Assembly: GCA_951406725.2 (NCBI GenBank)
Contig: OX597818.1
Location: forward strand, 109,058,001-109,122,000
From: Octopus vulgaris
Lineage: Eukaryota
Length of the DNA stretch: 64,000 bases
Direction: 5' to 3'
Under the pieces are notes generated by a model. That model had not been told where the DNA came from. It saw only the letters and a program-made list of their open reading frames with translations, and did no database searches. Made by a program: the position numbers and the translations under genes. Below are positions 53,980 to 64,000 of the stretch, piece by piece (the stretch's first letter is position 1; each line of letters begins with the position of its first letter).

Positions 53980-54259
53980 CAACATTAGGACCAACTCCAA
54001 CAACAGAAGATAACTTGTAATAAATGCAGTTGTGAAGTTCATAGTTTAAAATTATAAAGTTATTAAGTAATGAATGTGCTGGACTCCAGACAGAAAGGTT
54101 TTGAATGCAATCAGTTATTACACTTGCCACAGTATAAAGGGTATAAAACTTCTGTCAATAAACAGCCAACCCTTACATGGTCATTTGACTTGCTAGGAGG
54201 AGAAAATCACAGTCTTTCCTTTTGGAAAGAGATTCGTTGGATAATATAGTTTTTAAATA

Positions 54260-54742
54260 ACGTAAATCCTCGAGTATAATCCACATCTTTCCCCCCAAAT
54301 TTAACGGTCAAAATCGCTAGTGCGTACTATATACGAGGTTAAAACTGAAAAATATCTTCTAAGCAATGACCGAGTCTCTATTTGTTATCTAGCAGTGTTT
54401 ATTCAGACGCATTTTGTGATGTCAGGTGCAAAAATACCTAAGCCTGAAAGCAATGAAGTCATAAAAGAATCATCCATGACTTGCAGTAAGCAACAACATG
54501 TAACAAAAACAATTTACAAACATATTTACATTCCCACATAACAGTTAAGAACATCACCATTATTGTATTTACACATGCACGGAAGTGTTTGTTCGACTAG
54601 GTGCTGCTGGCTTAATTACACATGACTCAAGTTAGAGAAGGGGTGTGTATTATACAGAAGGTTTAGGTTTGTCAGAAGTACAGCCCCCTAAAAATTCCCT
54701 GCGTATTATACTCAAGGGCGGACTATACTTGAGGATTTACGG
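54260..54742. mobile_element. pogo/Tc1-mariner-like MITE nested in an older repeat
   Basis: TA|aCGTAAATCCTCGAGTATAATCC ... GGACTATACTTGAGGATTTACGG|TA; repeated subterminal GCGTA(C/T)TATA motifs. Confidence 0.8.
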
Positions 54743-56771
54743 TATACTGTCTAAATGAAAGAGAAGAAAGTTATAATTGGAGTCTCTTTCATCAGAGATT
54801 TGCTAGAGCAGGATTGATTGGGACTAAGCAACACAATCATCTGTGTACTGCTTCTATTTAACTCAATTCACAGGCATATACAACTCAAATATATACTGTG
54901 TTAAATCATTGTTTTGATAAGGTGTTTCGCTTAAGCAATTTTAGAAGACAAACACAGAAAGGCCACGTAGTAGGTCCAACGACCTGGGGAACAAGGTTCA
55001 AATAAAGATTGCTATGCATGAACAATGTCAATGCTAAGCATGCCAACCTCTAATTATTTCACATGAAGGTCACATAAACACAACGGTAACAAAATTGTAC
55101 TTCAAGAAATTACTTCAAAGCTGTAAAATATTTCAGTTCTAATTAGATACTGACTCACCAACCCCATATATACAAAAGCTCAGATATAGTTCACTATGGA
55201 GTTCTGCTGCTAAACACTAAAACATATTCAGCCACATACAAAAGCGGATCATTCAGTTAATTGACAAAAGACACAATCTCTCACTTTCAGATATTCTACA
55301 TCTTCTCTTTCCGTAGTTTTGTAGAGAAGACGTTTGCTCTGTGGCACATCCAGCAACCGTTTTCCACCATAGCATCGTGTTGAACTCAATCATGTCAGTG
55401 AAATTAGGCAAGCAGAAATTGTGTGGAAATCTTCTAGCATGTGTATGTGTGTGTGAGTGCATGTATTGGTCTTATTTGGACAGTGATGGCTTTTGTTTGT
55501 GTCCCACACAAATAATGTTCTACAGCTCAGCAGTTCAGCAACAAAATTATGGTGGAAGAAAGCATCTTACTTGGAAACAAGGTTAGTGTCAGGAAAAAAA
55601 AAAAAGGTAACCCTAAATCTAATCCAACCCATGTCAGCATGGAAAAAGTGGATTTAAAAACAATGCTGCTGATGATGATAATGATGATGGGGAGCAGGAG
55701 AGAGAAAATGAGGAGAGGAGAAATGGGAGTTGGCTGCAGTGGTGACAATGACAATGAGGATCTCTTTTGTTATTACAAGTTTCTGCTTTTCTGTTGGAAT
55801 GCAAGTTGCTTTCGCTGACTCAAACTCTCTTCTCCTTCCATCTCAACAGTGTGTACACCCACCCCCACTAGCCACTTTATTCTATCTTTCTTCATCAAAG
55901 CCACAAACTCCTGGGATTCTTTCAAACCCATATTTTCCCTATGGAGATCGACCACTACAAGTTCAAACAGGACATCAAAGACATCAAGGAAGGCCTACAA
56001 AGGTCATAAGCACTTTCTCTCCTTCCCTGACTAATGATTAAGAAAATAACACATGATGATTTATACTTAATGTTGAATAATACATAATCATAAAGTATAT
56101 GAGGATTTAACAGCTCTGAGGTCAGTTTGAATCCAATTGTACTAAATTCACAATCCTTTGATTCATAGACTTGTCTTCATTGAAAATTTGTGTAAAAGTG
56201 ACAAAATCCATATAATCTCTGGTTTGTCAAGTAAATTTCCAAATATTATCTTTGAGTATGATCCCATAGTTTTGCACTACATGGTACCAACGAATCCACA
56301 TGCCTTTGAGACATCTACATATGTGGCTTGAACATAGATTTAAATCTATCAAGCAAAATCAATTTCTTACAGTAACAAATCTGTAATCGAAGCAGCATAT
56401 GTTTAAAATCAAACCAGTCAAACAGATTTTGACAAAGATACATCATCTGTTCATGCAACGACAATAATTGCTAGCATGCAATAATACCCTGACCTTGTAT
56501 TAACATACATGCACACATATTCACTCTAGGTTTATAGGGCCACTGCATGCGTATGTGAGCACTGGGCCATCATTTAAATGATGGCCTCTGTGGGTACTTG
56601 TTCGAATAAAATTACAACTAATAAAATTATAAAGTAGAAACCAAATAAAATAATATCATTTCCTCTTATCTGTTGTTTACATCGCAAAACACATGCCAAT
56701 ATACTTACACGCACACACAATGCATTTATATAAACATGCATGCACATACAAGTGCAAGCAAGGCTGTAATT

Positions 56772-56949
56772 TTATTTGTTTCAGTTATCAGACTGTGGCC
56801 AAGCTGCAGCACCACTCTGAAGAATTTTTAATCAAATGAATCAACCCCAGTACTTATGATGTTTGAGCCTGGAACTTTTCTGTCTCTTTTGTCAAACTAA
56901 GTTATAAAGACATAAAAACACGCCAGCAGTGGAGGGGGACAAAGACAGA

Positions 56950-56988
<39 letters not shown>

Positions 56989-57146
56989 CAGGTTTCTTTC
57001 AGTTTCCTTCAACCAAATCCACTCACAATGCTTTGATCAGCCCAAAGCCATAATAGAAGACACTTGCCTATCATGCCACACAGTGGGACTGAACCTAGAA
57101 CCATGTGGTTGAGAAGTAAGCTTCTAACCACACAGCCATGCCTGCA
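56772..57146 (-). mobile_element. SINE family B, full length
   Basis: Reverse complement of GCAGGCATGGCTGTGTGGTTAGAAGCTT...(TG)n...ACTGAAACAA. Confidence 0.8.
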
Positions 57147-57277
57147 ACTATGTTTAAAATGTTTGTATCACAAATACAACACTTATCCACAAGCTTCAAT
57201 CATTCAGGGTGGCACTTTGGGCAAATGTTTGCAACAATAACGATGGTTTCACCAATGCCTTATGAGTGGAATTTAAT

Positions 57278-57469
57278 CTTTTCAACTCTAGGCACAAGGC
57301 CTAAAATTTTTTGACCCCGGTGCACAACTGGTACTTAATTTATCGACCCCAAAAAGATGAAAGGCAAAGTCCAACCTCAGTGGAATTTGAACTCAGAACA
57401 TAAAGACAGATGAAATACTGCTAATCATTTCGCCTGGCGTGCTAACGTTTCTGCCAACTCGCTGCCTTA
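57278..57469 (-). mobile_element. SINE family A inserted into a family B remnant
   Basis: GAGTGGAATT(T/C)AAT duplicated on both sides. Confidence 0.78.
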
Positions 57470-59730
57470 GAGTGGAATTCAATAAACTAACTTTCATACT
57501 CTTGTTTTAAATATGTGTGATTTTGTTTTATATACAAGTGTGTGTGTGTGTGTGTGTGTGTCTGCATGTAAGCAAGCATGCATATATAATCATATGCATG
57601 CTTGCATATGAGTACATATGCACTGAGGTGAGTATAATCAGTTAAACTTGTAAAGGCTGTGAGTGTCCAGTATAGCCATTGTCCAAAGACTGAAAACAGT
57701 AAGAGAGCCTAAAATTTTACTTTTCCTTATAGCAGCAGTATTAGATGTATCATTCTTTCCATAGCAGTAAATTCTTCATTTTCACCCACACCCACACGTA
57801 TGTGTTTGTGTGTGTGTATGATGACTGTATATATAACAAGTGAAGAAATGTAAGAATAGGGAACTAAGGCAACAAGTGAATACTTAATGTCATCAAAATA
57901 ACGATGATGATTTTGATGATGATAGAAAAATTTGACCAACCACATGCAGAAATATCCTTTGCAATGCAGTCAAAATATATATATAAAACAACCACAGCTC
58001 CTCCTCAGCACAACCTAGGAGGCAGTTGATAGACAAGCAATGTTGAGAGTGGAACTCTTGGAGGAATAACATATATATTTGACATATGCAATATCAACAA
58101 ACAACAAATGTAATCTATACAAAATGAACACACAAACCTATCACATCTAAGCCCTGTGCCCCACCCTCTGGATATCATTGAAGGAGGCAAGGAAGCTGAG
58201 TGCCAGGTAGAAGTAGGCAGTATGCTATAGATGAGATAAAGGCTGGGATGCCAACAGCTGTTGGTGCTGTAGGAGTGGATAGATGATAATGATGATGAGG
58301 AGGACAGCTACCATGACGACTGATAGTGGAAGTGCTTTCAGAGACAGTACAAATATAATAACAAAATTATCCTGCAAACACCACTCTGCTATTTGAAGTG
58401 CTGGAAACATATGTCCCTAACACCACCACCCTGCACATGCCTGAATCTCAGCAAAGTAAAAAAAAAAAATTGCAATGCAGAACAAGGATAGATAACAGAG
58501 GATCAGTATACCTCTTAAAAATCACATTGGATAAGGTTTGTTTCTACATCAAAAAGAAAGTAAAAAAGAAAGTAAAGAAGGAAAATCGAAATGAGAGCCA
58601 GGTCTATGAGAACTATTTGATATGTATGCACTCCGACTCTGCATTACAATTGACAAAATGGAGGTAGAATATGACATTTTTGGGTAAACTCTCATTTCCA
58701 TTACTACCACATGATACATGTGTGTGTGCGTGTGTGTGTGTGTGTGTGTGCGTGTGTGTGTGTGTGTGTGTGCGTGTGTGTGTGTGTGTGCGTGTGTGTG
58801 TGTGTGTCAGTCTGTGTACATGCACAGGGATATATGTGGACATTAATAGATTCATATGAATGCACATACACATGAATGCTAGCAAATATATACACACTTG
58901 CTTATGTACAAACACATAACTACAGCAGCAGAAGATATTAAACAAACGTAAAAACATTAAATTGCACAGCTAACACACACACACACACGCACACAGATGG
59001 GGAGAGGGGAGGGAGTTTCTATAGCTATCAGACGATGATAAAATATAATTAGCACAAACCATATTATACAAGGATGCAATTCTGAAAATACTAAGCTAAG
59101 CTTGCTGCCATATTTAGCTTTTAAGAATAAACTAAACTAAAATACTTGGGAAGGTAGTGGTAGAAGAGTTGTTGAGTTCCCAATACACACACACACACAC
59201 ACATGCACACACACACACTTTTACATCACATATACACCCAATGCACCAACACCATCACAACATAAACAATATTTTTTTTTCAGAAATGAAACAACAGCAA
59301 AGAGAAAATCTCTTAGTAGAAATAAAAATAATGTTGAAAATATCAAACTAGGGGGGGAAAAAAAAAGAAAAATTCATGAAGAATGAAACGATGAAATAAA
59401 GTTGAAACAAAATAAAAACAGAACTTTGAAATGAGAAGAGAAAATGCAATAAAAGACAAAGATAAAAGACTGGTATCTAAAAATATCGAAATCAAGGAAG
59501 AAAATCATTAAAAAAATTCACTTTAAAAGAAGTAAAATAAAATTTTTAAAAAAGTAGAAAAAGAATGAATTTTTTAAAATGTTAAATTGGACGGGTGGAC
59601 ATGTTGTAGTTATTGTTGTCATGAAGATGATGATCATCAGCTGTATACCTAAAAACATCATCAATATTGTTCAAGAATGTAAACCTAAGCTGACATGCTC
59701 AATAAAATTTTTTCATTGCTGTCATTTTGC

Positions 59731-59771
<41 letters not shown>

Positions 59772-60744
59772 TATTGTTGTTGTTGTTGGAGAGACTAAAG
59801 GAGTGGTGGACAGTCATAAAATTTCCCATGAATACCAGACAAGACACACACTGTCTACACGAATGCATACTTTTATGCATGCAAACATGCGTGTGATATG
59901 CATTCAGGTCTCACTGTAGACAGGTTAAAACCTCTATTAGTATGATTCTTTGTTTAGACACTTAGGACTGAATATTTTGAAGACAGAGACTAAGGAGATA
60001 AATAGAGAAACAAAAAAAAAATCTTGTCAAAGCTAATGTAAAAAACATTAAAATATTTTTCAACTTAATCTCTATTGCTTATTTCATTTTTAAGATGGTG
60101 GAAGATTTTTATTCTTATTTCTGACTCTGTTATTGCATGTTGTTTTATAACAATATTAATGTGATGGAGTAGCAGATATGGTAGAGCAGGGCGAGGTAAA
60201 AGCCTGACTGTGTCTAATTACAGTTTTCTCTATCCTTGGTTCAAATTATGTCAGGGTCAAGTGTGCATTTTCAACCTTCCACAACTGATAAAAGTACCGG
60301 TAGTATACTTGGGTCATACTAGTAATATACAATGCTGCATTCTTGAACACAGGGCAAAATGCTGTCAGTTATTTGTTTCAGTGCTTTATATTTTAAAATC
60401 GGACTCCCTCTGAGGTCAATTTTGCTTTTCATCTTTTTGAGGTCAACAAAATAACACAAAGGTCAATAGTATCAACTAATCCCACAACAACCAATAACAA
60501 TAAAAACAACATTTCATATCTTGTGCCTATGATGAAAACAATTACGAGGTCAACTTCACTGTTTATCCTTCCAAGGTTGATAAAATAAAGTATTTAGGTT
60601 GATGACATCAACACCTCCTCCAAATAGCCAATCTTGTGCATAAATCAGAAATAACAATTATTCTAATTGCTATTATCATGAAAAATCTCAGCTTTTATTT
60701 TGCTGGGTATGATAGAAAGTGTCAGCTGTACACAAACTGATCAT

Positions 60745-61025
60745 GCTTCAAGAACTCTGTGAAGGACTTTTGCAGTTCCAAGCAATGAGGATTTTTTGTA
60801 GGTGTTCTGTTTTTACATCAGTTCCAATCTCTTTGAGCCACATTGGTAGCTGAGCACTGATACTTCCAAGTGCGCCAATCACAACTGACATCATGTCCAC
60901 TTTCTTCATTGTCCACAATCTGCATATTTTCCACTTCAGTTCATCATAGCTGTTCACCTTTTCTTCTTTCTCTTCAATTCTGATGTCACCAGAACATACT
61001 ACCTCAATTATCAGGCATGTTTTTC
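60745..61025 (-). mobile_element. R4/Dong-like non-LTR retrotransposon fragment (restriction-like endonuclease C-terminus)
   Basis: CLIIEVVCSGDIRIEEKEEKVNSYDELKWKICRLW..VVIGALGSI..LQK. Confidence 0.75.
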
Positions 61026-61632
61026 ATTTTTCTTTTGCCCACAACAGATGTTTAATCTGATGGCCATACTGAATCACAGAATCTCACAAATTTTTTCAAT
61101 CTTCATTTTCAGTAACTCCTTCTGGGATTTGGTGGTAGTAGCAGTGGTGGTAGTCATTGTCGTCATCATCATCATCATTACTGAAGGTAGTGAAATGGCA
61201 GAGCTGTTAGTACACCGGACAGATCAATATTTGATCTGACACTCTAAATTCGAATCCCATCAGCACTGACATTGCTTTTCATCATTTTTAGGGTCTCTAA
61301 GTACTGATTCCAGGCAGGAGATCAACAGGGCTGGTAGAGCATCAGTTTTGTGCTCTCTATTTCAGCTCTTTGAGTTGTGACAACAATCCTTATGACACTG
61401 GCATTAAGCTGTATCAGTCTTGCCTTTCGCTAGACAAGGATGTAGGGAAGAGAGACTCAGATGGGTAACTGCTAGTCTATTATAGACACCCCACCTAAAA
61501 AAAAAAAAATTTTTTAAAACCACTTCCTAGGCCTGTAACTTGAAAAGAAAGTTTCCCGATGCAGATATTTTATCCTTAGAGGGCAACACTATTGACTGTG
61601 TGATCAGCTGGTTGATTGATAACTATTGTCTT

Positions 61633-61769
61633 TTAGGAAGGGCATCCAAGTGTAGAAACTTTGCCAGGTCAGATTGGAGCCTGGGGCAGCCTTCTAGCTA
61701 GCCAGTCCTCAGTCAAACCGTCTAACCCATGCCAGCATGGAAAGCGGATGTTAAACGATGATGATGATG
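61633..61769 (+). mobile_element. RTE-family 3' tail
   Basis: TTAGGAAGGGCATCC..AACCCATGCCAGCATGGAAAGCGGATGTTAAACGATGATG. Confidence 0.8.
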
Positions 61770-61949
61770 TCTTTTATCTTTTACTTGTATTTCATTTTGC
61801 AACCCTAACATACTAGCAAATTTATAAGTCAATACTTTGTCCTACCTGTTTTAGGAGTGTCATTTATCATTTGTAAGTTATCTCTACAGATTTTCTATTA
61901 AAATTAAAGCCAGCATTGAAAGTTACAATGTTTCATATACAAGTACATC

Positions 61950-62248
61950 TGCATAAACAATGCAACCAAAGATAGAAAAATAAGTAGTCGGTGTATATCC
62001 TATTTCAGGAGGCCTTGTTCCTTCTTCAGAACCACATCCACCCAATTAACCATCCATGATCACGTTGCTTAAATAACAACTAAGTGTAGTGGTGTAACAC
62101 TCTTGGATAGACCGTGGCTATTTCAGCAATGGATTTGTGGAAAATCAACGGATTGGAGGTGGTACTGAAGAGGGAGCAAGAGTTCCTGAAATGTGCATAT
62201 ACACTTATTACCTATTTTCCTATCTCCGATTGCATTGTTTGCATAGAA
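61950..62248. repeat. Imperfect inverted repeat with a hammerhead-like core in each arm
   Basis: GTGTATATCCTATTTCAGGAGGCCTTGTTCCTTCTTCAGAACCACATCCA versus TGGAGGTGGTACTGAAGAGGGAGCAAGAGTTCCTGAAATGTGCATATACAC. Confidence 0.75.
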
Positions 62249-62276
62249 GAGGAGGAGACTTTGGTATCCTCACTGA

Positions 62277-62599
62277 CAGTGACGGCCTGCAAGGTTGCTA
62301 GCTTACCCAATGGTAAGTGGGCCCCTGTGCCATTAGAATCCATATGAGGGGAAGGGGCATGTTAGTATCTAAGGGGACCATCCCCTCAAGTTTGAGAATT
62401 TTTTATTCACTCCTGAAAGAATGCATTAATTATTTCAGCCTGGCTGTGTCTGTAGATAGTTGAAAAGAATACATTTAACAAAAAAAAAAAAAAATTAAAT
62501 TATGGGGCCCCTTGTAGTTGCGGGTGGGCCCCCTTGTAATTGCGGCTGGGTCTCCTTAGTTTCCTGGCAACCAATATTTTTTTACCCAGTCCACCACTG
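62277..62599. mobile_element. hAT-like MITE
   Basis: TIRs CAGTGACGGCCTG / CAGTCCACCACTG; 8-bp TSD CTCACTGA / CTCACTGG; subterminal GGGCCCC motifs. Confidence 0.75.
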
Positions 62600-63056
62600 C
62601 TCACTGGTATTTTCCTACAGTGTTGGTGCAATTCTCAAATTAAAGAATGGTTAGGTAATTTATTATTTTGTACATGACCCTTTTTTCACTATTTCTAGTT
62701 GGGACTGCAGCAGCATTCATGATTCACATCCTTGCTAACTCTACCTAATTGTTTAAGTGTTAAAAATTTATTTTCCTTTTAGAAATATACTTCAGTCTGG
62801 AGGATATGACAAATCAATTATTGTACATAATTTTTTTCATTGATCTTTTATTATTGATTGGTAGGCTAGTGTCGTTGTCATTTAACAAAGCCATGCTCCA
62901 TAGTTTTATCGCATAAACTATTCCTATATCTTTCTCAGATGTCTTTCATAGTGTAGCCCTGTTTTGTTTTTGTTGCAAATAAATGTCCAGTAAATATGCG
63001 TTTTATTCAATCATTTATGTACTCGATAGATATATTCCACAATCAAGCTCAAAATA

Positions 63057-63260
63057 TCATCATCATCATCATTTAACGTCCACTTTCCATGCTAGCATGG
63101 GTTGGACGATTTTGACTGAGGGTTGGCGAACCAGATGGCTGCACCAGGCTCCAATCTTGATTTGGCAGAGTTTCTACAGCTGGATGCCCTTTCTAACGCC
63201 AACCACTCCAAGAGTGTAGCGGGTGGTTTTTATGTGCCACCGGCACGTACTGGCACGTAA
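63057..63260 (-). mobile_element. RTE-family 3' tail
   Basis: (CAT)n TTAACGTCCACTTTCCATGCTAGCATGGGTTGG..CTACAGCTGGATGCCC. Confidence 0.8.
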
Positions 63261-63771
63261 AATATGTTTCGTGTATTGACATGTACAAAGAAACAGGTTG
63301 TGAATTTGCCCAGGCCCCAAATACTACCAGTCGATGATCTAAGAATGTTGCTTCTTTATTCAACACAGGAAGCTGTCATTGTTCTGTAACACATTAAGGA
63401 AACAGTCTACTGAATGTGACCCCTAATATCTTGGTTTGTTGCTCCAGAGAAAAGCAGCAGATATCCAAATTGCAGTGGTATTCCACATGAATGTTCCACA
63501 TTTGTTTCACTGTACCATACATCTTACTACTAAAAATAAACTAGACTTACAAGAAAGCTCCAGAAAAATTGGGATTAACTGCAACTGGACAAATCCTTTG
63601 TTGCAACTATCAGTCCTTCAGTATTCTATGCCTTCATTTTCGAGCTGTCACTGGTTAGCATCACGTGGCTTCTTTTTTTTTTTCTTTTTTTTTAATGTGA
63701 CAAGTTGGTGTTGCAATGGATATTTGGATATTTCCTATGTGAGAGCTCACTTTCCGTCTATATGTCATTGT

Positions 63772-63918
63772 TTAAGAAGGGCATCTAGCCATAGAAACCA
63801 CGCTAAAGCTGACACTGGAGCTAAGCATACCTCTGTTGCTTGACAGATCCTGTCAAACCATCCAAGTCATACCAGTACGGAAAGTGGACGTTAAACGATG
63901 ATGATGATGATGATGATG
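63772..63918 (+). mobile_element. RTE-family 3' tail
   Basis: AAGAAGGGCATCTAGCCATAGAAACC..GGACGTTAAACGATGATG. Confidence 0.78.
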
Positions 63919-64000
63919 TATGTTTGTTTGTTTCATTTAAGCACAGCTTTTGGATTTCATTTCCATCTAGAACACTAAATATACACTTAGCAGGTTGCAG

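Noticed and set aside
62114-62347. Possible + strand exon ending at ATG|GTAAGT
   Set aside because: The donor lies inside the hAT MITE and the upstream part is an arm of the inverted repeat.

Overview
AT-rich, microsatellite-dense eukaryotic DNA. The repeat families look like those of Octopus; this is inferred from recognising the SINE and RTE-tail sequences, not from a search. I find no intact protein-coding gene, rRNA, tRNA or CRISPR array. The supplied ORFs I could interpret come from simple repeats, a minisatellite or decayed retrotransposons. The window is a mosaic of tRNA-derived SINEs, RTE-clade LINE fragments and tails, a decayed Penelope-like element (RT + GIY-YIG), an R4/Dong-like endonuclease fragment, a non-autonomous Helitron and MITEs of mariner, pogo, piggyBac, hAT and Kolobok type. 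Most notable: (1) a ~2.7-kb array of a 28-bp unit with higher-order structure, grown from one internal segment of a piggyBac-like MITE whose unexpanded sibling is in the same window; (2) three loci with minimal hammerhead-ribozyme-like cores, two inside palindromic elements; (3) a 127-bp, one-mismatch inverted duplication bracketing the Penelope relic; (4) a fold-back mariner derivative; (5) a bipartite RTE-derived element with a perfect 15-bp target-site duplication (TSD). Boundaries of old repeats are approximate.
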